DNA of 64,000 nucleotides from a virus, in IMG/VR virus record IMGVR_UViG_3300043446_000566, positions 20,248 through 84,247 of that record. One strand, written 5' to 3'. Position numbers and translations under genes: made by a program. Below the pieces are notes generated by a model that saw nothing but the letters and a program-made list of their open reading frames with translations, searched no databases and had not been told where the DNA came from. Positions 29,976 to 41,211 of this stretch are shown here, piece after piece (position 1 is the first letter of the stretch; every line of letters begins with the position of its first letter).

Positions 29976-32900
29976 TTACAGTAAGCTATTAGATATCACT
30001 GGAGAAAGAGAACTCTGATAATTCCAGCTTGTCGAATAATTTCTATCTAGCGTTAGTTTGATAGGCTCTATTCTTCCAAACACGCCTTGCATAGGCATTA
30101 CACCTGCGCCGTTGATTCCTACTTGAATTGTGCTTGTTGGCTCATTTGAAGTTGGTGCAACAGAATATGCAGGCACTGATACTCTATATGTGATCGAAGA
30201 TGCTGGCTGATAATATCCAGTGACTGAAAGCAGTGAAGATAGATCAGACGAAGAATATCCAGCAGCACCGATAGCAGTCAGATACGAAGCAGTTAGGGCT
30301 GCGTCATCATATCCCACTTCTTGGATGACCTCATAATTTTTACCGATAGAATCAGTGATCAATGGCTGGTGCTCTAGTGAGTAGAAGTAATCGCTTTCAG
30401 GTGTCAGCGTCAAGAACCCATCATATTTAGCGATCATAGCTGATTGAACGCGCTGAGTTCCGTCAGCTGTTGCTAGTTTCTGTGTCGCGATAGGAGTTTC
30501 AGTATATCCAAGAGTCACGAACTTGTCTCTGACGTTGTTATTATTTGCTGGCTTTAGAGTGAAAGGAGTGATATACTTGTAGCAGCCAAGTAGTCCAGAC
30601 TCAATAGAAGCAGCAAAATCAGTTGTCTGATCAGCAATGCTTAGATCATTAAACTCATCGACAATTGTACCGTAGATTGGCTTGTTGATAAGTGGCGTTG
30701 TTGGTGACTTAGGTGGATCACTGATAATCTGGCTCTCTGATTCTTTCAGAGCAACATAATTTTCGATGTTGTTGATTCTTGTGTCGAGCGCAGAGATGTC
30801 CTTCATCGTGTAGCGACGATTATCAATGTAATTCAACTCGATTGAGCGCAGTGACGCTGTATATGGAGGAATATACATCGTGTAAATCGGCATCGAATCA
30901 TCGCCTACAAAAGGCTCTTGAGGCGATAGCGAAGGAACACCGTTTAGAACTTTGAATTCCTTGTCCTTCGTTACAACAACCTTGTCGATTCTAGGCAGAT
31001 AATAGTCATAGTCTAGCTGCATTGGATCAGTTGGACGCTGAAGAATGCTGCCGCTGAAACTCATATTCTGCGTGACGATTTCAATCGTGCCGTTTGTGAC
31101 CGCAGCGCTGAACGCCTTATTCACCGAGACTGATGTTAGGTTGCTTACACCGTTTACGACACGAATATCGTTACCGACACGAATCATCGTGCCTGTTGTG
31201 ATAGGCGGCGTCAATACGTTTGAAGTCAATGCTGTGTTAGCTGTTACTGTATAACCACCAGATGAGACATTTACTCTTGCGTTTGCATTAGCATACGCAT
31301 ATGGAGCAACAGATATGCCTGAAGCACGAATTGGGCGAAGATCAATACAGTCACGAAGATTGTACACTTTACCCGAAGATGCCTTGAATAGAGGAATCTG
31401 CTCTGAGTTATACAGCGTCGTGCCGTATGAGAAGCCAGACAGATAACCAGTACCCGAATGCGTGAAGTAGTCAAACAGAACAGCTGTCTGACCTCTTGGT
31501 GGTTGAGCACCTGGCTTTAGAGTGATCGAAGCGTGATTATAGAAGTTCTCAGTCTGACCGCTATCAAATGTATAGCGATCAGTGATGTCGACCATGTTTG
31601 TAGTATTTGGCGCATGGCTCAGATTAGCTGAGTCGTAAATCTTATTGATGCTGATGACATCTGAGATAAACAGCGATTGCTTCTGACCAGGAATATTATT
31701 CACGACATTTGAAGTTGTGAACCATGCAATACCGTTAGAAGCATTCAGCTTGACTTCTGAATAACCAGAAACTGCTGTAGCAGAAGAAAGAGTATCGCCT
31801 GCTGTCAGTGCTGAGTTAGAAGATACTAGCGTCTTTTGACGACGGAAAGATCCGTTTGCGTTAGCAACCTTAGTCGTCAAATAAACGTCGCCTGTGAACG
31901 ATGTGCCCGAGCCACTATCTGTGTACAGCGAAATCTGAGTGTTGCTTGTTCTATAGACGCTTCTTGGTGAAGCTGTCATGTCTAGAATCTTACCAACATT
32001 CGCGCCTGTTGTTGGAACAACGATAATATTTTCACGAACGTCAGCTGAAGATACAGTCGCGCCGTCAGTACCGAAATCAAAAGTCTGACCAGTCACAGTG
32101 ACTGTGGCAGCACCGTTCGTGGCAAACGAAACACCCTTGCTAACGTATCTGCGGTAGAGATCAACATTCACATCGCTATTATACTTGATATAATAGTTTG
32201 GAAGTTCAAAGAGCATCTTGTCATAATTAGCATCTTCGATTACTGTATTGCCTGTTCCATCCTTGCTAACGTCACTGACATTAGCTTGAAGATTAGCAGC
32301 AGCAAACGAAGATGTATTGGCAATGATGATCGACTTAGCAGCACCAAGCGGTAGCGTTAGATTGAAGCGATCACCGTTTGCTGGAATAGCTTTGAATGCT
32401 GTGTCAAGAACCGCGACCTTAGTTGTTGTGTTGTAATTGATGATCTTGCCTGAGTTGCCAACAGCGCCAGTAGTATCAAGCAGAGTGATCGTGCCACCAA
32501 GATATGCGTTCGCGTTTGACGAGAAATGCGCAGGGAAGTTGACGCTCAATGTATTAGCAGAAGTGCCATTTGCTGTAGAAATGATAGGCGTAAAATTGAT
32601 ATCTGTCAGATACGAATAGTACAGCACTGAATCTGATGTTCTGTCAAAGTTCTTTAGTTTAGCTGTACCGATTCTTGTCGAATAGTAAGCGGCACTGCCT
32701 GAGCCAAATGTCACAGCGTTGTTTACTGTGCTGTGAATATCGACTTCATTCAAGCCTTCAGAGAATACAATACCGTTTGCGCTGCCCAGCACGTTTGCTA
32801 GCTGTAAGCGATTGCCGTAGTAAACTGAAAGATCATAGTCTTTGCTCGACTTTGTGTTTCTTGCGCGAGTCGATGGAATCTTGGTCGTTCCGATTGTCTC

Positions 32901-33881
32901 AAACTCAAAGCCCTTCACATAAGCCTTGCCTGGCTCTACGTTGATAATGAACGTCTCAGTATTTTCTGAGAGACCAGCAGGCGTATTCGCGCTGATATTG
33001 ATTCTAAATGGCTTTACAGCATAGTTGCCAGACTCATCATATGTTCTACGAGCAAAAGTCTTTTCGAGTTCTGAGTAGATTGGATAACTGACCTGGCGAG
33101 TGATGACACCATTCTCTACGCGAAGAAGTTCAAAGAATCTGCGATCATCTACTGAGTCAAGTGTTCTCTTTGCAAGAACTAGATTATATTGATATCTGTC
33201 AGCGCCTGGAGCCTGATAATTGAACGACTCTTGCGCAGGGTCTAGAAGCGCTGCGTCGTCACTGCTTGTGACAATTGATTCTTCAATTTGAAGACCGACT
33301 CTGTAAGAAGGAGTTGCGCTGTATGGATCTAGAACGATTGTATCAGCAGCGACTGAAACGAAATAGCCATCAACGTAGAACACACCGTCGTTGATGCTAA
33401 CAGTCGATCCAACACCAGTAGGTGACGTTGCTGTGACGTTTGCCGAGTTTGTGGCAGCAGTTGTTAGAGTCTGACCAGCAGTGAATCCTGCGCCTCTGAT
33501 GTATTTTACCATCAGAGTTCTGTCAGTCGTGTTTGAATAGGTCTGGATTACCTTAGCGCGAGTCTTAGGAGAGCCAGTATTGAATACTGTTACACCATAG
33601 AAGTTCTCTAGGTCAATATCAACGCCATTGTATTGCTTGTCTAGCTTTACATAGTTGACTGCGGTATCTAGCGTTAAATGCCCACCGATAACAGGCGATC
33701 CGTCTTGGAAGATGTGATTGCCGAACTGCTTTACTTGGTTCTGAAGAATTGACTGGATCTGAGTCAATTCACGCGCTTGAACTGCGAATCCTGGCTTGAA
33801 CAGAATGCGCATATAGTTCTTCTCTAATGCGCCGTTAGTAGCCTCGAAATCGTCCCAATAAGGTTCTGCGTTGAAATCCAT
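29976..33881 (-). CDS. Virion structural protein (N-terminal half of a DUF4815/VrlC-like protein)
   Basis: PYWDDF..NYMRILFKPGFAVQARELTQIQSILQNQ, ARRTYDESGNY, YYLPRIDK, NRRYTMKDI. Confidence 0.8.
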   Translation of the reverse strand: MDFNAEPYWDDFEATNGALEKNYMRILFKPGFAVQARELTQIQSILQNQVKQFGNHIFQDGSPVIGGHLTLDTAVNYVKLDKQYNGVDIDLENFYGVTVFNTGSPKTRAKVIQTYSNTTDRTLMVKYIRGAGFTAGQTLTTAATNSANVTATSPTGVGSTVSINDGVFYVDGYFVSVAADTIVLDPYSATPSYRVGLQIEESIVTSSDDAALLDPAQESFNYQAPGADRYQYNLVLAKRTLDSVDDRRFFELLRVENGVITRQVSYPIYSELEKTFARRTYDESGNYAVKPFRINISANTPAGLSENTETFIINVEPGKAYVKGFEFETIGTTKIPSTRARNTKSSKDYDLSVYYGNRLQLANVLGSANGIVFSEGLNEVDIHSTVNNAVTFGSGSAAYYSTRIGTAKLKNFDRTSDSVLYYSYLTDINFTPIISTANGTSANTLSVNFPAHFSSNANAYLGGTITLLDTTGAVGNSGKIINYNTTTKVAVLDTAFKAIPANGDRFNLTLPLGAAKSIIIANTSSFAAANLQANVSDVSKDGTGNTVIEDANYDKMLFELPNYYIKYNSDVNVDLYRRYVSKGVSFATNGAATVTVTGQTFDFGTDGATVSSADVRENIIVVPTTGANVGKILDMTASPRSVYRTSNTQISLYTDSGSGTSFTGDVYLTTKVANANGSFRRQKTLVSSNSALTAGDTLSSATAVSGYSEVKLNASNGIAWFTTSNVVNNIPGQKQSLFISDVISINKIYDSANLSHAPNTTNMVDITDRYTFDSGQTENFYNHASITLKPGAQPPRGQTAVLFDYFTHSGTGYLSGFSYGTTLYNSEQIPLFKASSGKVYNLRDCIDLRPIRASGISVAPYAYANANARVNVSSGGYTVTANTALTSNVLTPPITTGTMIRVGNDIRVVNGVSNLTSVSVNKAFSAAVTNGTIEIVTQNMSFSGSILQRPTDPMQLDYDYYLPRIDKVVVTKDKEFKVLNGVPSLSPQEPFVGDDSMPIYTMYIPPYTASLRSIELNYIDNRRYTMKDISALDTRINNIENYVALKESESQIISDPPKSPTTPLINKPIYGTIVDEFNDLSIADQTTDFAASIESGLLGCYKYITPFTLKPANNNNVRDKFVTLGYTETPIATQKLATADGTQRVQSAMIAKYDGFLTLTPESDYFYSLEHQPLITDSIGKNYEVIQEVGYDDAALTASYLTAIGAAGYSSSDLSSLLSVTGYYQPASSITYRVSVPAYSVAPTSNEPTSTIQVGINGAGVMPMQGVFGRIEPIKLTLDRNYSTSWNYQSSLSPVISNSLL

Positions 33882-33897
33882 TTATTATACCTATGCT

Positions 33898-35514
33898 TTA
33901 GAATTCTACGACTAGTTTGAGTGTCTCAGTCTGATAAGGGTTTCTAACGATCTTATCTCTATTTTCAACATAGAGAATCTCACCGCTAAGAGTATTTATA
34001 CTTGGGCTGACAACGCTCAATCCCTTTGCGAAGACTGATGGTGCGTCTTTCTGGCGCAGAGTCTGCGAGATAGCCTCATCAATATCACCAGAAATCTGGT
34101 TGACTGAGAGAATATTGTTTGTTGTATCTACGTGGACAATCGTTGCGGCAAAAGTTGCTGTTTCATAGCTTGATCCAACATACACTCTCTTGTTCGTAGA
34201 GAAAGCTACAGCTGGTGTTGTCGTATAAATCTTAGTGTACATCGCATAAGTCGCAGCTGTCGCGAATGTCAGATTTGAATTTGTTGTTCTGACATCTTTG
34301 ACGATACAAGCCTGACGAAGTGTGTCATTACCATCAGCAATGACAGGCAGATAACCGCTAACATCACCAGAGAAATCAACAGAGATCATTAGATCAGAAG
34401 CACCGAGTTCGCGAACAGCATCGTAGCCATGACCATATTGTGGGCTGATTACAGCTTGAAGGTTAGCTGTGTTGCCATTAGCCTGGTGTAGAGGATCAAC
34501 AAGCGTGATCGAAGCGTTGCTATATCCGCTGCCGCCATTGATGATATTCACACTTGTGATAACGCCATTAGTAACGTCAACAGACACGTTTGCGCCAGAT
34601 CCATCACCAGAAACAGACACGACAGAATAATTGTTCACGCTATTGTTTGAATAGTATCTTGTGCCACCATCGACTACTTTGATGACATCGAGGCGACCGT
34701 TTGTCGCGTTATTATACACAACATATTCGCGCAATACAGGCATATACTTGTCTGTGAAGAACTTGTTCTTCAGACCAGAAGGAATCGTGTACATATACTT
34801 CCAATAGTATCCATCGCTAGTCTCGACGTATGGATTCTCTGGCAGTTCACCGCCGATTGTGATTTCAGGCATCACTGTTGAAGTCGCGCCGCTGTTATTA
34901 TACAGGCATTTGAATACCTGATCAGCAGAATTTCTGACATAGAACTTGTTGATATACTGTGTCGCTGAAGTTTCTAGTGTATAGATTGTCTGACTAGTAG
35001 CAGTTGCTGCAAATACTGTATTCGTATACAGAAAGTCGCCTGCTGCGTTGACTGAGTAGACTTCTTTGGTCGTCTCGCCGACTGTGATCAGCTTTCCATT
35101 TGTGATGCCGTAGGCAATCGTCGCTAGATTCACACCATTTGCGATGACGTTTGCTGAGCCGATAGAGACGTTTACGTTTCCAGTCAGTTGTGTCGAAGCT
35201 GTCTTTACAAAGAGATTAGCCGTCTGATCATAGGCAACATATACGTTACCAGAACCCCAATCGACACGAGGAATCACTGGCTGAACATCACTGCTGGTAA
35301 TCTTCTTGAGCAGAATGCCCTGCGAAAGAGTCGAGTTCTTATAGCTTGTAGTGTCATATGGCGCTTCAACAATATCAGTTATTACATTGCCACTAGAATT
35401 CCATTCTAGTGAGTGTCCAACCATGACATAAACATTCGCCAATGGTTGCGAGATCATTTTTTCAAAGTTTTTGGCGTTTGTAACACCGAAATCTTTTGTG
35501 ACTAGCGACTTCAT
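33898..35514 (-). CDS. gp8: Baseplate wedge subunit
   Basis: VIPRVDWGSG, FYVRNSADQVFKCLYNN, SDGYYWKYMYTI, SGEILYVENR. Confidence 0.9.
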   Translation of the reverse strand: MKSLVTKDFGVTNAKNFEKMISQPLANVYVMVGHSLEWNSSGNVITDIVEAPYDTTSYKNSTLSQGILLKKITSSDVQPVIPRVDWGSGNVYVAYDQTANLFVKTASTQLTGNVNVSIGSANVIANGVNLATIAYGITNGKLITVGETTKEVYSVNAAGDFLYTNTVFAATATSQTIYTLETSATQYINKFYVRNSADQVFKCLYNNSGATSTVMPEITIGGELPENPYVETSDGYYWKYMYTIPSGLKNKFFTDKYMPVLREYVVYNNATNGRLDVIKVVDGGTRYYSNNSVNNYSVVSVSGDGSGANVSVDVTNGVITSVNIINGGSGYSNASITLVDPLHQANGNTANLQAVISPQYGHGYDAVRELGASDLMISVDFSGDVSGYLPVIADGNDTLRQACIVKDVRTTNSNLTFATAATYAMYTKIYTTTPAVAFSTNKRVYVGSSYETATFAATIVHVDTTNNILSVNQISGDIDEAISQTLRQKDAPSVFAKGLSVVSPSINTLSGEILYVENRDKIVRNPYQTETLKLVVEF

Positions 35515-35517
35515 GTT

Positions 35518-38500
35518 TTATCCGTTGGTTTTGATGATTGAGTAAGAAACGACATTGTAGGTCGGTGTCTTTTTGTAGAGAACATTTCCTGTAGACGAAA
35601 CGCTGGCGTTCAGATTCACAGTATTTCCAGAGATATTGACCACATAGCGATCATATGTGGTGCTAGAAATATTGAATTGCAGATTATCACCAGCAGCTAA
35701 ACTTTCAGAAACTGCGCTTGTATTTCCATACACAACGACGTTCGCGTTTCCAGAAGTAATTCTCAGAACGCCATCGCCGATTCCACCGATTGGATTTTCG
35801 AGCCATAGCAACGATGCTGAGTTGACGTTTGAAACGACGCGAGTGTATTGCTTCAACGAAGCAGTTTCTGTAGTATTTATGACAATGATATCACCGTTGC
35901 TCACACGAGTTGTGAAGCTAGAGTTATTACCGTAGAATGCACGGCTGCTATAGCTGGTGTTCGCATTTGTCGAATTCGCCGAGTTTGAATAGAACACATT
36001 TGAAGCAACACCGTTATTCACATAGATAACGTCCTTCATCACATACTTGGACAATAGTTGCATACCTGCTGGATGTGCGACGTTGTTGATCGTCTCTTTA
36101 TAATCGTCCAGCGACTTCTCAGAAGAAACTTCATACGAGAAGTTGTGATAATAGTCCTTATTCTGTAGTTTCTTATCAGCGCTCACGAATCCATCTGTAT
36201 TCAGATAGAAGCCGTTGTACTTGATCAGACCATTCAAGAACTCAGCATTCGCTTTAGCTAGACCATCGCCGTAGAAGAATGGATATTTTCTTTCTTCAGC
36301 TAAATTCAAACCGTTGAACGAGATTGTCGCATTCTGCGCAAATACGTTTGTTGTTACATTGCCTGTTGCTGTATTGATCAATAGAGGCAGCGATGTGTTG
36401 ATAGAGCCAGAATAGTTGAATATACGAATGACTGTGTTCGTAGAATCTGCTCTATAGATCTCATCAACAGTAGCCTGGAATGTAGCGCCGCTATTTGTTG
36501 CACCACCTTGCCAGACAGATTCACCGCCAAGAATAATGACGCCAGAACTTAGGTTATCTGTTAGAACGTCTGCAACCTTTAGCGAAACGACTGGCGTGTT
36601 CGCATAGTTGAAGCCTCTGTTTATGATATGAAAGTCTTGGATTCTGCCGATATCTGTCGCGCTGGTTTGAATGTTTTCGCCGTCGCTCAGAAGCAGAATG
36701 TTCAATTCAGCACCAGTGCCAGAAGAAGCACCACCGCTAGAGTTTAGAATCACTGGTGTTGGAGCAACGACATAGCCACCGCCGCGATCTGTAATCGTGA
36801 CAGCAGTGATCTTTCCGCTGCCGTTGACAGTAACAGTAGCATTACCAGACCAGCCAGTGCCGATGAAATTGATATAGTCTGAACTGCTATAACCAGTGCC
36901 GCCGTCGTTTACTAGAATCGTTCCTAGCTTGCCAGTGCCACGCACATCTGGTCTAAAGTCAAAGAACAGATTGAACGAATTGATATTCGTTTCATTGATG
37001 TTATTATCGTAGATCTTGTCTAGATAAACAGTCTTGACGTTAGCTGAAGTGCCTGGATCTGTCACGATATAATCTGTTACAACAGCATAGTGTGAAGTTT
37101 TGCCTACGTCAAGGAACAATCTTGTGCCAGTATAATAGCCGTTTGCTAGACTATAGCTGTTGTTCGACGAGTTGAGTCTGATGCTCTTAGCTGTCTTGTT
37201 ATAGTTTGAGAACTGACCGCTAGGAATGATCAAGAATCCACCATCAGATGAGAAATCTGAATCAAACAATGAAACAGCATCTAGTTGCCCGTTGTCAGTT
37301 GTTGGCGCTTCTTCAAAGAATGAACCGCCGTCAATTAGATCAAGAAGACGAATCTTGCCGAGTGTCAACGTGTCAAACGTCATCGCTCTGCCAATCTCAG
37401 TCTGTGCATTGGCAAAAATGCGCACATTGCTTGTCGCGTCTGGCGCAACAGCAAGAGCAGTGGCTAGCGTTGCGCGTTTAGTTGTTCCGCTGTATGAAGA
37501 AATGATAGCAGAGTTTGGCGAACCACTAGCGCCAGTTCCCGCGACAATTTGAAGAACAAACGACTTGTAATAATCATTTGTCGTACTAGCGACAAAATTT
37601 ACTGTATTGAGATTCACGACGCTGGTTGTATTACCAGATCCAGTTGTTAGATTGACACTATAAGCAGCATTGTCAAAGCTATATCCGCTACCATTATTCA
37701 GCGTGATATCTTTCTTATAAACGAATGCGTCTGTGTTGAACTGAATACTCGCACTGTTTGGAGCATCATCCCAGATAGCGTCAATTGTAAGATTTGAACC
37801 GATGCCTGTAGGCGAATTGATTCGAATCAGCGAGTTCGCATATGCTCTGAACAGATAACCAGGATTGATGATTGAAGCAGATTCAATCGATCCAACTGAT
37901 ACGTTATTGACTTCAGCGACAGCTTTTACAGCATCAGCAGACTGATTCAATCCACCATAGAGTACAACTGGATCGCCTGTGCGATATAGCGTGCCTGTTT
38001 GAACTACGCCGAATCTGTTTCTATAGAGATAGATGTTCGAGATCAGCGATACAATTTTTGATTTGAATGTCTTAGGATTGCCATTCGCATCTTCAAAATT
38101 GATGATCAGATTTTCGCCTGGATCAAACAGACGAGTCACATTTGAAACGTAAAGTTCAATGACTTCTCTGCCAGTCTCTTTGTCAATATTGCGAACAGCT
38201 GCTTCAATGACGCAGGTAGTTCTTGACGTTTCGCCTGTGCCTAGATGTCTTTCAAGAAGATTGATATCAAAGCCATCATATTCTGTAGCAGAGAACGCAA
38301 GGCGAAGCGCTTGCGGTTGCTTCCATTTACCGTCAGAAGCCTTTAGAATATCTTGCTTTGGAAAATAAACATCGACTTCCTGATTATACAGGACGCGGAA
38401 TATGAACTTGAACGAGTCGGGTGTTCCCTTCTTTGCGTAGAAGGCTCTAGCAGCCTTTACGATCTTTGCAGTAGTAAGTTCAGTCTCTTCTGGAAAGTTT

Positions 38501-38721
38501 GGAATCAGCTTGTCTTTTAGATATCGAATCAACGTGTCTTTCGTTGTGTCGATATCCATATAGTCATAGAGATTCTTACCGACTTGAACTGTATTGCCTT
38601 CGCGCTCAGTATATTCGTAGTATTTCTTTAGAAGAGCGACAAAATTAGGATGATCAGTTCTGATGAACTCAGGTAACTGGTTCTCTACAATCGTCGAGAT
38701 ATAATTATTTGCGAACATCAA
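35518..38721 (-). CDS. gp7: Baseplate wedge initiator (gp7-like)
   Basis: NQLPEFIRTDHPNFV, FYAKKGTPDSFKFIFRVLY, LQNKDYYHNFSY, AHPAGM; lies between gp6 and gp8. Confidence 0.75.
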   Translation of the reverse strand: MMFANNYISTIVENQLPEFIRTDHPNFVALLKKYYEYTEREGNTVQVGKNLYDYMDIDTTKDTLIRYLKDKLIPNFPEETELTTAKIVKAARAFYAKKGTPDSFKFIFRVLYNQEVDVYFPKQDILKASDGKWKQPQALRLAFSATEYDGFDINLLERHLGTGETSRTTCVIEAAVRNIDKETGREVIELYVSNVTRLFDPGENLIINFEDANGNPKTFKSKIVSLISNIYLYRNRFGVVQTGTLYRTGDPVVLYGGLNQSADAVKAVAEVNNVSVGSIESASIINPGYLFRAYANSLIRINSPTGIGSNLTIDAIWDDAPNSASIQFNTDAFVYKKDITLNNGSGYSFDNAAYSVNLTTGSGNTTSVVNLNTVNFVASTTNDYYKSFVLQIVAGTGASGSPNSAIISSYSGTTKRATLATALAVAPDATSNVRIFANAQTEIGRAMTFDTLTLGKIRLLDLIDGGSFFEEAPTTDNGQLDAVSLFDSDFSSDGGFLIIPSGQFSNYNKTAKSIRLNSSNNSYSLANGYYTGTRLFLDVGKTSHYAVVTDYIVTDPGTSANVKTVYLDKIYDNNINETNINSFNLFFDFRPDVRGTGKLGTILVNDGGTGYSSSDYINFIGTGWSGNATVTVNGSGKITAVTITDRGGGYVVAPTPVILNSSGGASSGTGAELNILLLSDGENIQTSATDIGRIQDFHIINRGFNYANTPVVSLKVADVLTDNLSSGVIILGGESVWQGGATNSGATFQATVDEIYRADSTNTVIRIFNYSGSINTSLPLLINTATGNVTTNVFAQNATISFNGLNLAEERKYPFFYGDGLAKANAEFLNGLIKYNGFYLNTDGFVSADKKLQNKDYYHNFSYEVSSEKSLDDYKETINNVAHPAGMQLLSKYVMKDVIYVNNGVASNVFYSNSANSTNANTSYSSRAFYGNNSSFTTRVSNGDIIVINTTETASLKQYTRVVSNVNSASLLWLENPIGGIGDGVLRITSGNANVVVYGNTSAVSESLAAGDNLQFNISSTTYDRYVVNISGNTVNLNASVSSTGNVLYKKTPTYNVVSYSIIKTNG

Positions 38722-40787
38722 TCAACCGTTTTCATTGTGATATTGATCGATCCAGTGTCTGTGTCGTCAATAGTGATAATTCTGCTTCTAGCTGATTCAA
38801 AGTTGTTTGACTGTGGCTTCGCAACGACTCTGAAGATCTTCAGAGGATCATTGATTGAAACTGGATCAAACTGATTTAGATAGACTTTACCGAGCGTGTA
38901 GTCAATTGTTCCTGCTTCAGTATTCAGAGTTGTCTTGATATTCAGATCGTCAAAGTAATAGCTTCTCAGAATACCGTATCTGCCTTGGATAGAAACATTG
39001 AACGTCGAAGTTGTATCGACTTCTTCTTGATAAATCACATACGCTACAGCTGTAGTGTAGTTGATGCCTGGATTATCGACAACAATTTCAGTGATCTTGC
39101 CGTTTACAATCACAGGATAAGCATTCGCGCCAACACCGTCACCAGAGATTACTAGCGTCGGAGCGCTCAGATAACCAGTGCCAGAAGTCAATACGCTGAT
39201 CGAATCAATGCCAGACGAAGAGCCTGGCGTCTCTTCTAGAAAGCAATCGCGCAGCACAGCTTCTTTGTCATACTGCTTGAATGCTGGCGTAGAATAGATT
39301 CTGTATTTTGGATCTTCTCTAGAAATCGGCGTCGAATAATTCAACGTGTAGTTTCGAGCAGCGCCGACTTGAGGGATGATTCTCTTTTCGATCACAGTCA
39401 CAGCGTCGCTATAGCTGATTGATTGCTCTGCATCATCGATTGATCTTAGCAGTTTAGATAGCTTGAACTTGCTGTTGAAATCGTTTAGATCTGTGTTATT
39501 ATAGTCCACAATCGCTGTTCTGACTAGACTCTTGATAGAATCAGCAGAGCGAGTTGTCTTTGTTGGGCTGAAATAGACTTCTGCGAAGATATTCAGATAG
39601 TTATAATCGACGTTGACGAATTCTGGAATCACAGTCACAACAGACGATGGCTTGATAACATCATTGATCACAGACAGCTTTTCTGATTCAGTGATCTCAT
39701 AGCCATAAGTTGGCTTCGCTGCGACAAACACTTTGCCGTAAACAGGTGGATCATTTTGTTCACCACCCCATACGTTTACAGACTCAAAGTATGGATACTT
39801 CTTATTGATGATTGCGATGATATCGTCTGTCGTAACGCCGCGATTGTTAGAAACATAGGCTTTAGGCGCTGTCGTTCTGATTCTGTCGATGCTTTCTTGA
39901 TTCGCACCACCAGAAGCAGCTTCATTTGGGAAGATAATATGAGTGCTGAATCCACTCACAGATTCAACTAGACTGAATGAGTTAGCCTTGTTTGCTGCTG
40001 CGCCATTCGTCTTTAGATAAGTTGCGATGACAATATTACCGTTTACAAGTTTCTTGCCGATAATATCGTCACCGAAATAGATCTTGTACTTGCCGTTGCG
40101 GCTTTCGTCAACAAAGAAGACTGCTGATGTCGCAGAGGTCGTTGTTGCGTCTGTCGCGAGAGTAAATCGCTCTGTCTTTAGACTTGTCGCCGATTCTTGA
40201 ACGATTACTGAAATCGTGTTTGTGTCGATTCCAGAGTCAGGAAGTTCAAACGACGATGTTGGATTATTTGTAGCATCGTAGGTATATGTGTAAGATAAAG
40301 GCTGACCCTCGTAGATATACAGGTCATTGAAGCAGAATCTGCCGCAAGTTGGGTCATAATCGCCGACCATCGCCTCTGTATTCACGAAAACGTATGAGAC
40401 AGAATCGATTGGTGCTGATTGGAATCGAGTGAACTTAGGCAGCGTCAGACTTGCCTGTGTGCTACCGCCAGTTCTGCTGATCTGGAGATCAATCTTTGCG
40501 CGAGGCGCGATATACGAGGTTGGCGTATAGCCTAGCATCTTGGCATGCGAAACAACAGAATCGCGAAGCAGCGCTGTGTCTAGAAACATCTCATTGGCGA
40601 TCATGTTGTTGTAGAACGCCATGTAATGCGTATTGTACGCTAGCACATCCAGCAGGACATTCATGCCTGCCGCTTCAAAGTCGAAATCTGTGAATTCTGA
40701 TTGGTCTTTCAGAAACGTCTTGAGGCTATTCTTGATAGCAGCAAAATCTAATTCTGAAACCGTCAGCTTTTGATCTACATTTGCCAT
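38718..40787 (-). CDS. gp6: Baseplate wedge subunit
   Basis: ELDFAAIKNSLK, LLDVLAYNTHY, SVVSHAKMLGY, IYFGDDIIGK, VWGGEQNDPPVYGKV. Confidence 0.97.
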   Translation of the reverse strand: MANVDQKLTVSELDFAAIKNSLKTFLKDQSEFTDFDFEAAGMNVLLDVLAYNTHYMAFYNNMIANEMFLDTALLRDSVVSHAKMLGYTPTSYIAPRAKIDLQISRTGGSTQASLTLPKFTRFQSAPIDSVSYVFVNTEAMVGDYDPTCGRFCFNDLYIYEGQPLSYTYTYDATNNPTSSFELPDSGIDTNTISVIVQESATSLKTERFTLATDATTTSATSAVFFVDESRNGKYKIYFGDDIIGKKLVNGNIVIATYLKTNGAAANKANSFSLVESVSGFSTHIIFPNEAASGGANQESIDRIRTTAPKAYVSNNRGVTTDDIIAIINKKYPYFESVNVWGGEQNDPPVYGKVFVAAKPTYGYEITESEKLSVINDVIKPSSVVTVIPEFVNVDYNYLNIFAEVYFSPTKTTRSADSIKSLVRTAIVDYNNTDLNDFNSKFKLSKLLRSIDDAEQSISYSDAVTVIEKRIIPQVGAARNYTLNYSTPISREDPKYRIYSTPAFKQYDKEAVLRDCFLEETPGSSSGIDSISVLTSGTGYLSAPTLVISGDGVGANAYPVIVNGKITEIVVDNPGINYTTAVAYVIYQEEVDTTSTFNVSIQGRYGILRSYYFDDLNIKTTLNTEAGTIDYTLGKVYLNQFDPVSINDPLKIFRVVAKPQSNNFESARSRIITIDDTDTGSINITMKTVD

Positions 40788-41179
40788 TATCTAACCTTTT
40801 CTAAAAACATATTTATTGTGACTGGTGCTTCCAGATTGTTTATGTAAAAGCGAATAGTAATAGCATATCTATTTTCGTCAGGTTGAGCCTCGACACGAAT
40901 CGCGTCAATTCCAACGCGAGGCTCATAGTTCTCTATAGCTTTTGAGATCTCAGTTCTCAGCACGTTGGCTGTGATGAATGAGACATCTTCAAACAGCAGA
41001 GATCGAACTCTGGATCCAAACTCTGGCTGAAACGGCTTTTCGTAGCGATTTGTCAGAATCAGATTTCTCAGAGCACCAATAATCGCTGCATTGCCAGTGC
41101 GCTTTACGACATCTTTTGTCACTGGATGAGCAGTGAAGTTTAGGTCTATGTCTTTGTATGTGCGGACTTCTAGCGCCAT
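40787..41179 (-). CDS. gp25: Baseplate wedge subunit
   Basis: YKDIDLNF..HPVT, NLILTNRYEKPFQPEFGS, IENYEPRV; late promoter at 41204-41210. Confidence 0.97.
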   Translation of the reverse strand: MALEVRTYKDIDLNFTAHPVTKDVVKRTGNAAIIGALRNLILTNRYEKPFQPEFGSRVRSLLFEDVSFITANVLRTEISKAIENYEPRVGIDAIRVEAQPDENRYAITIRFYINNLEAPVTINMFLEKVR

Positions 41180-41211
41180 TTATTTTTCCAAGAACCTTTA
41201 GACTATTTAGT

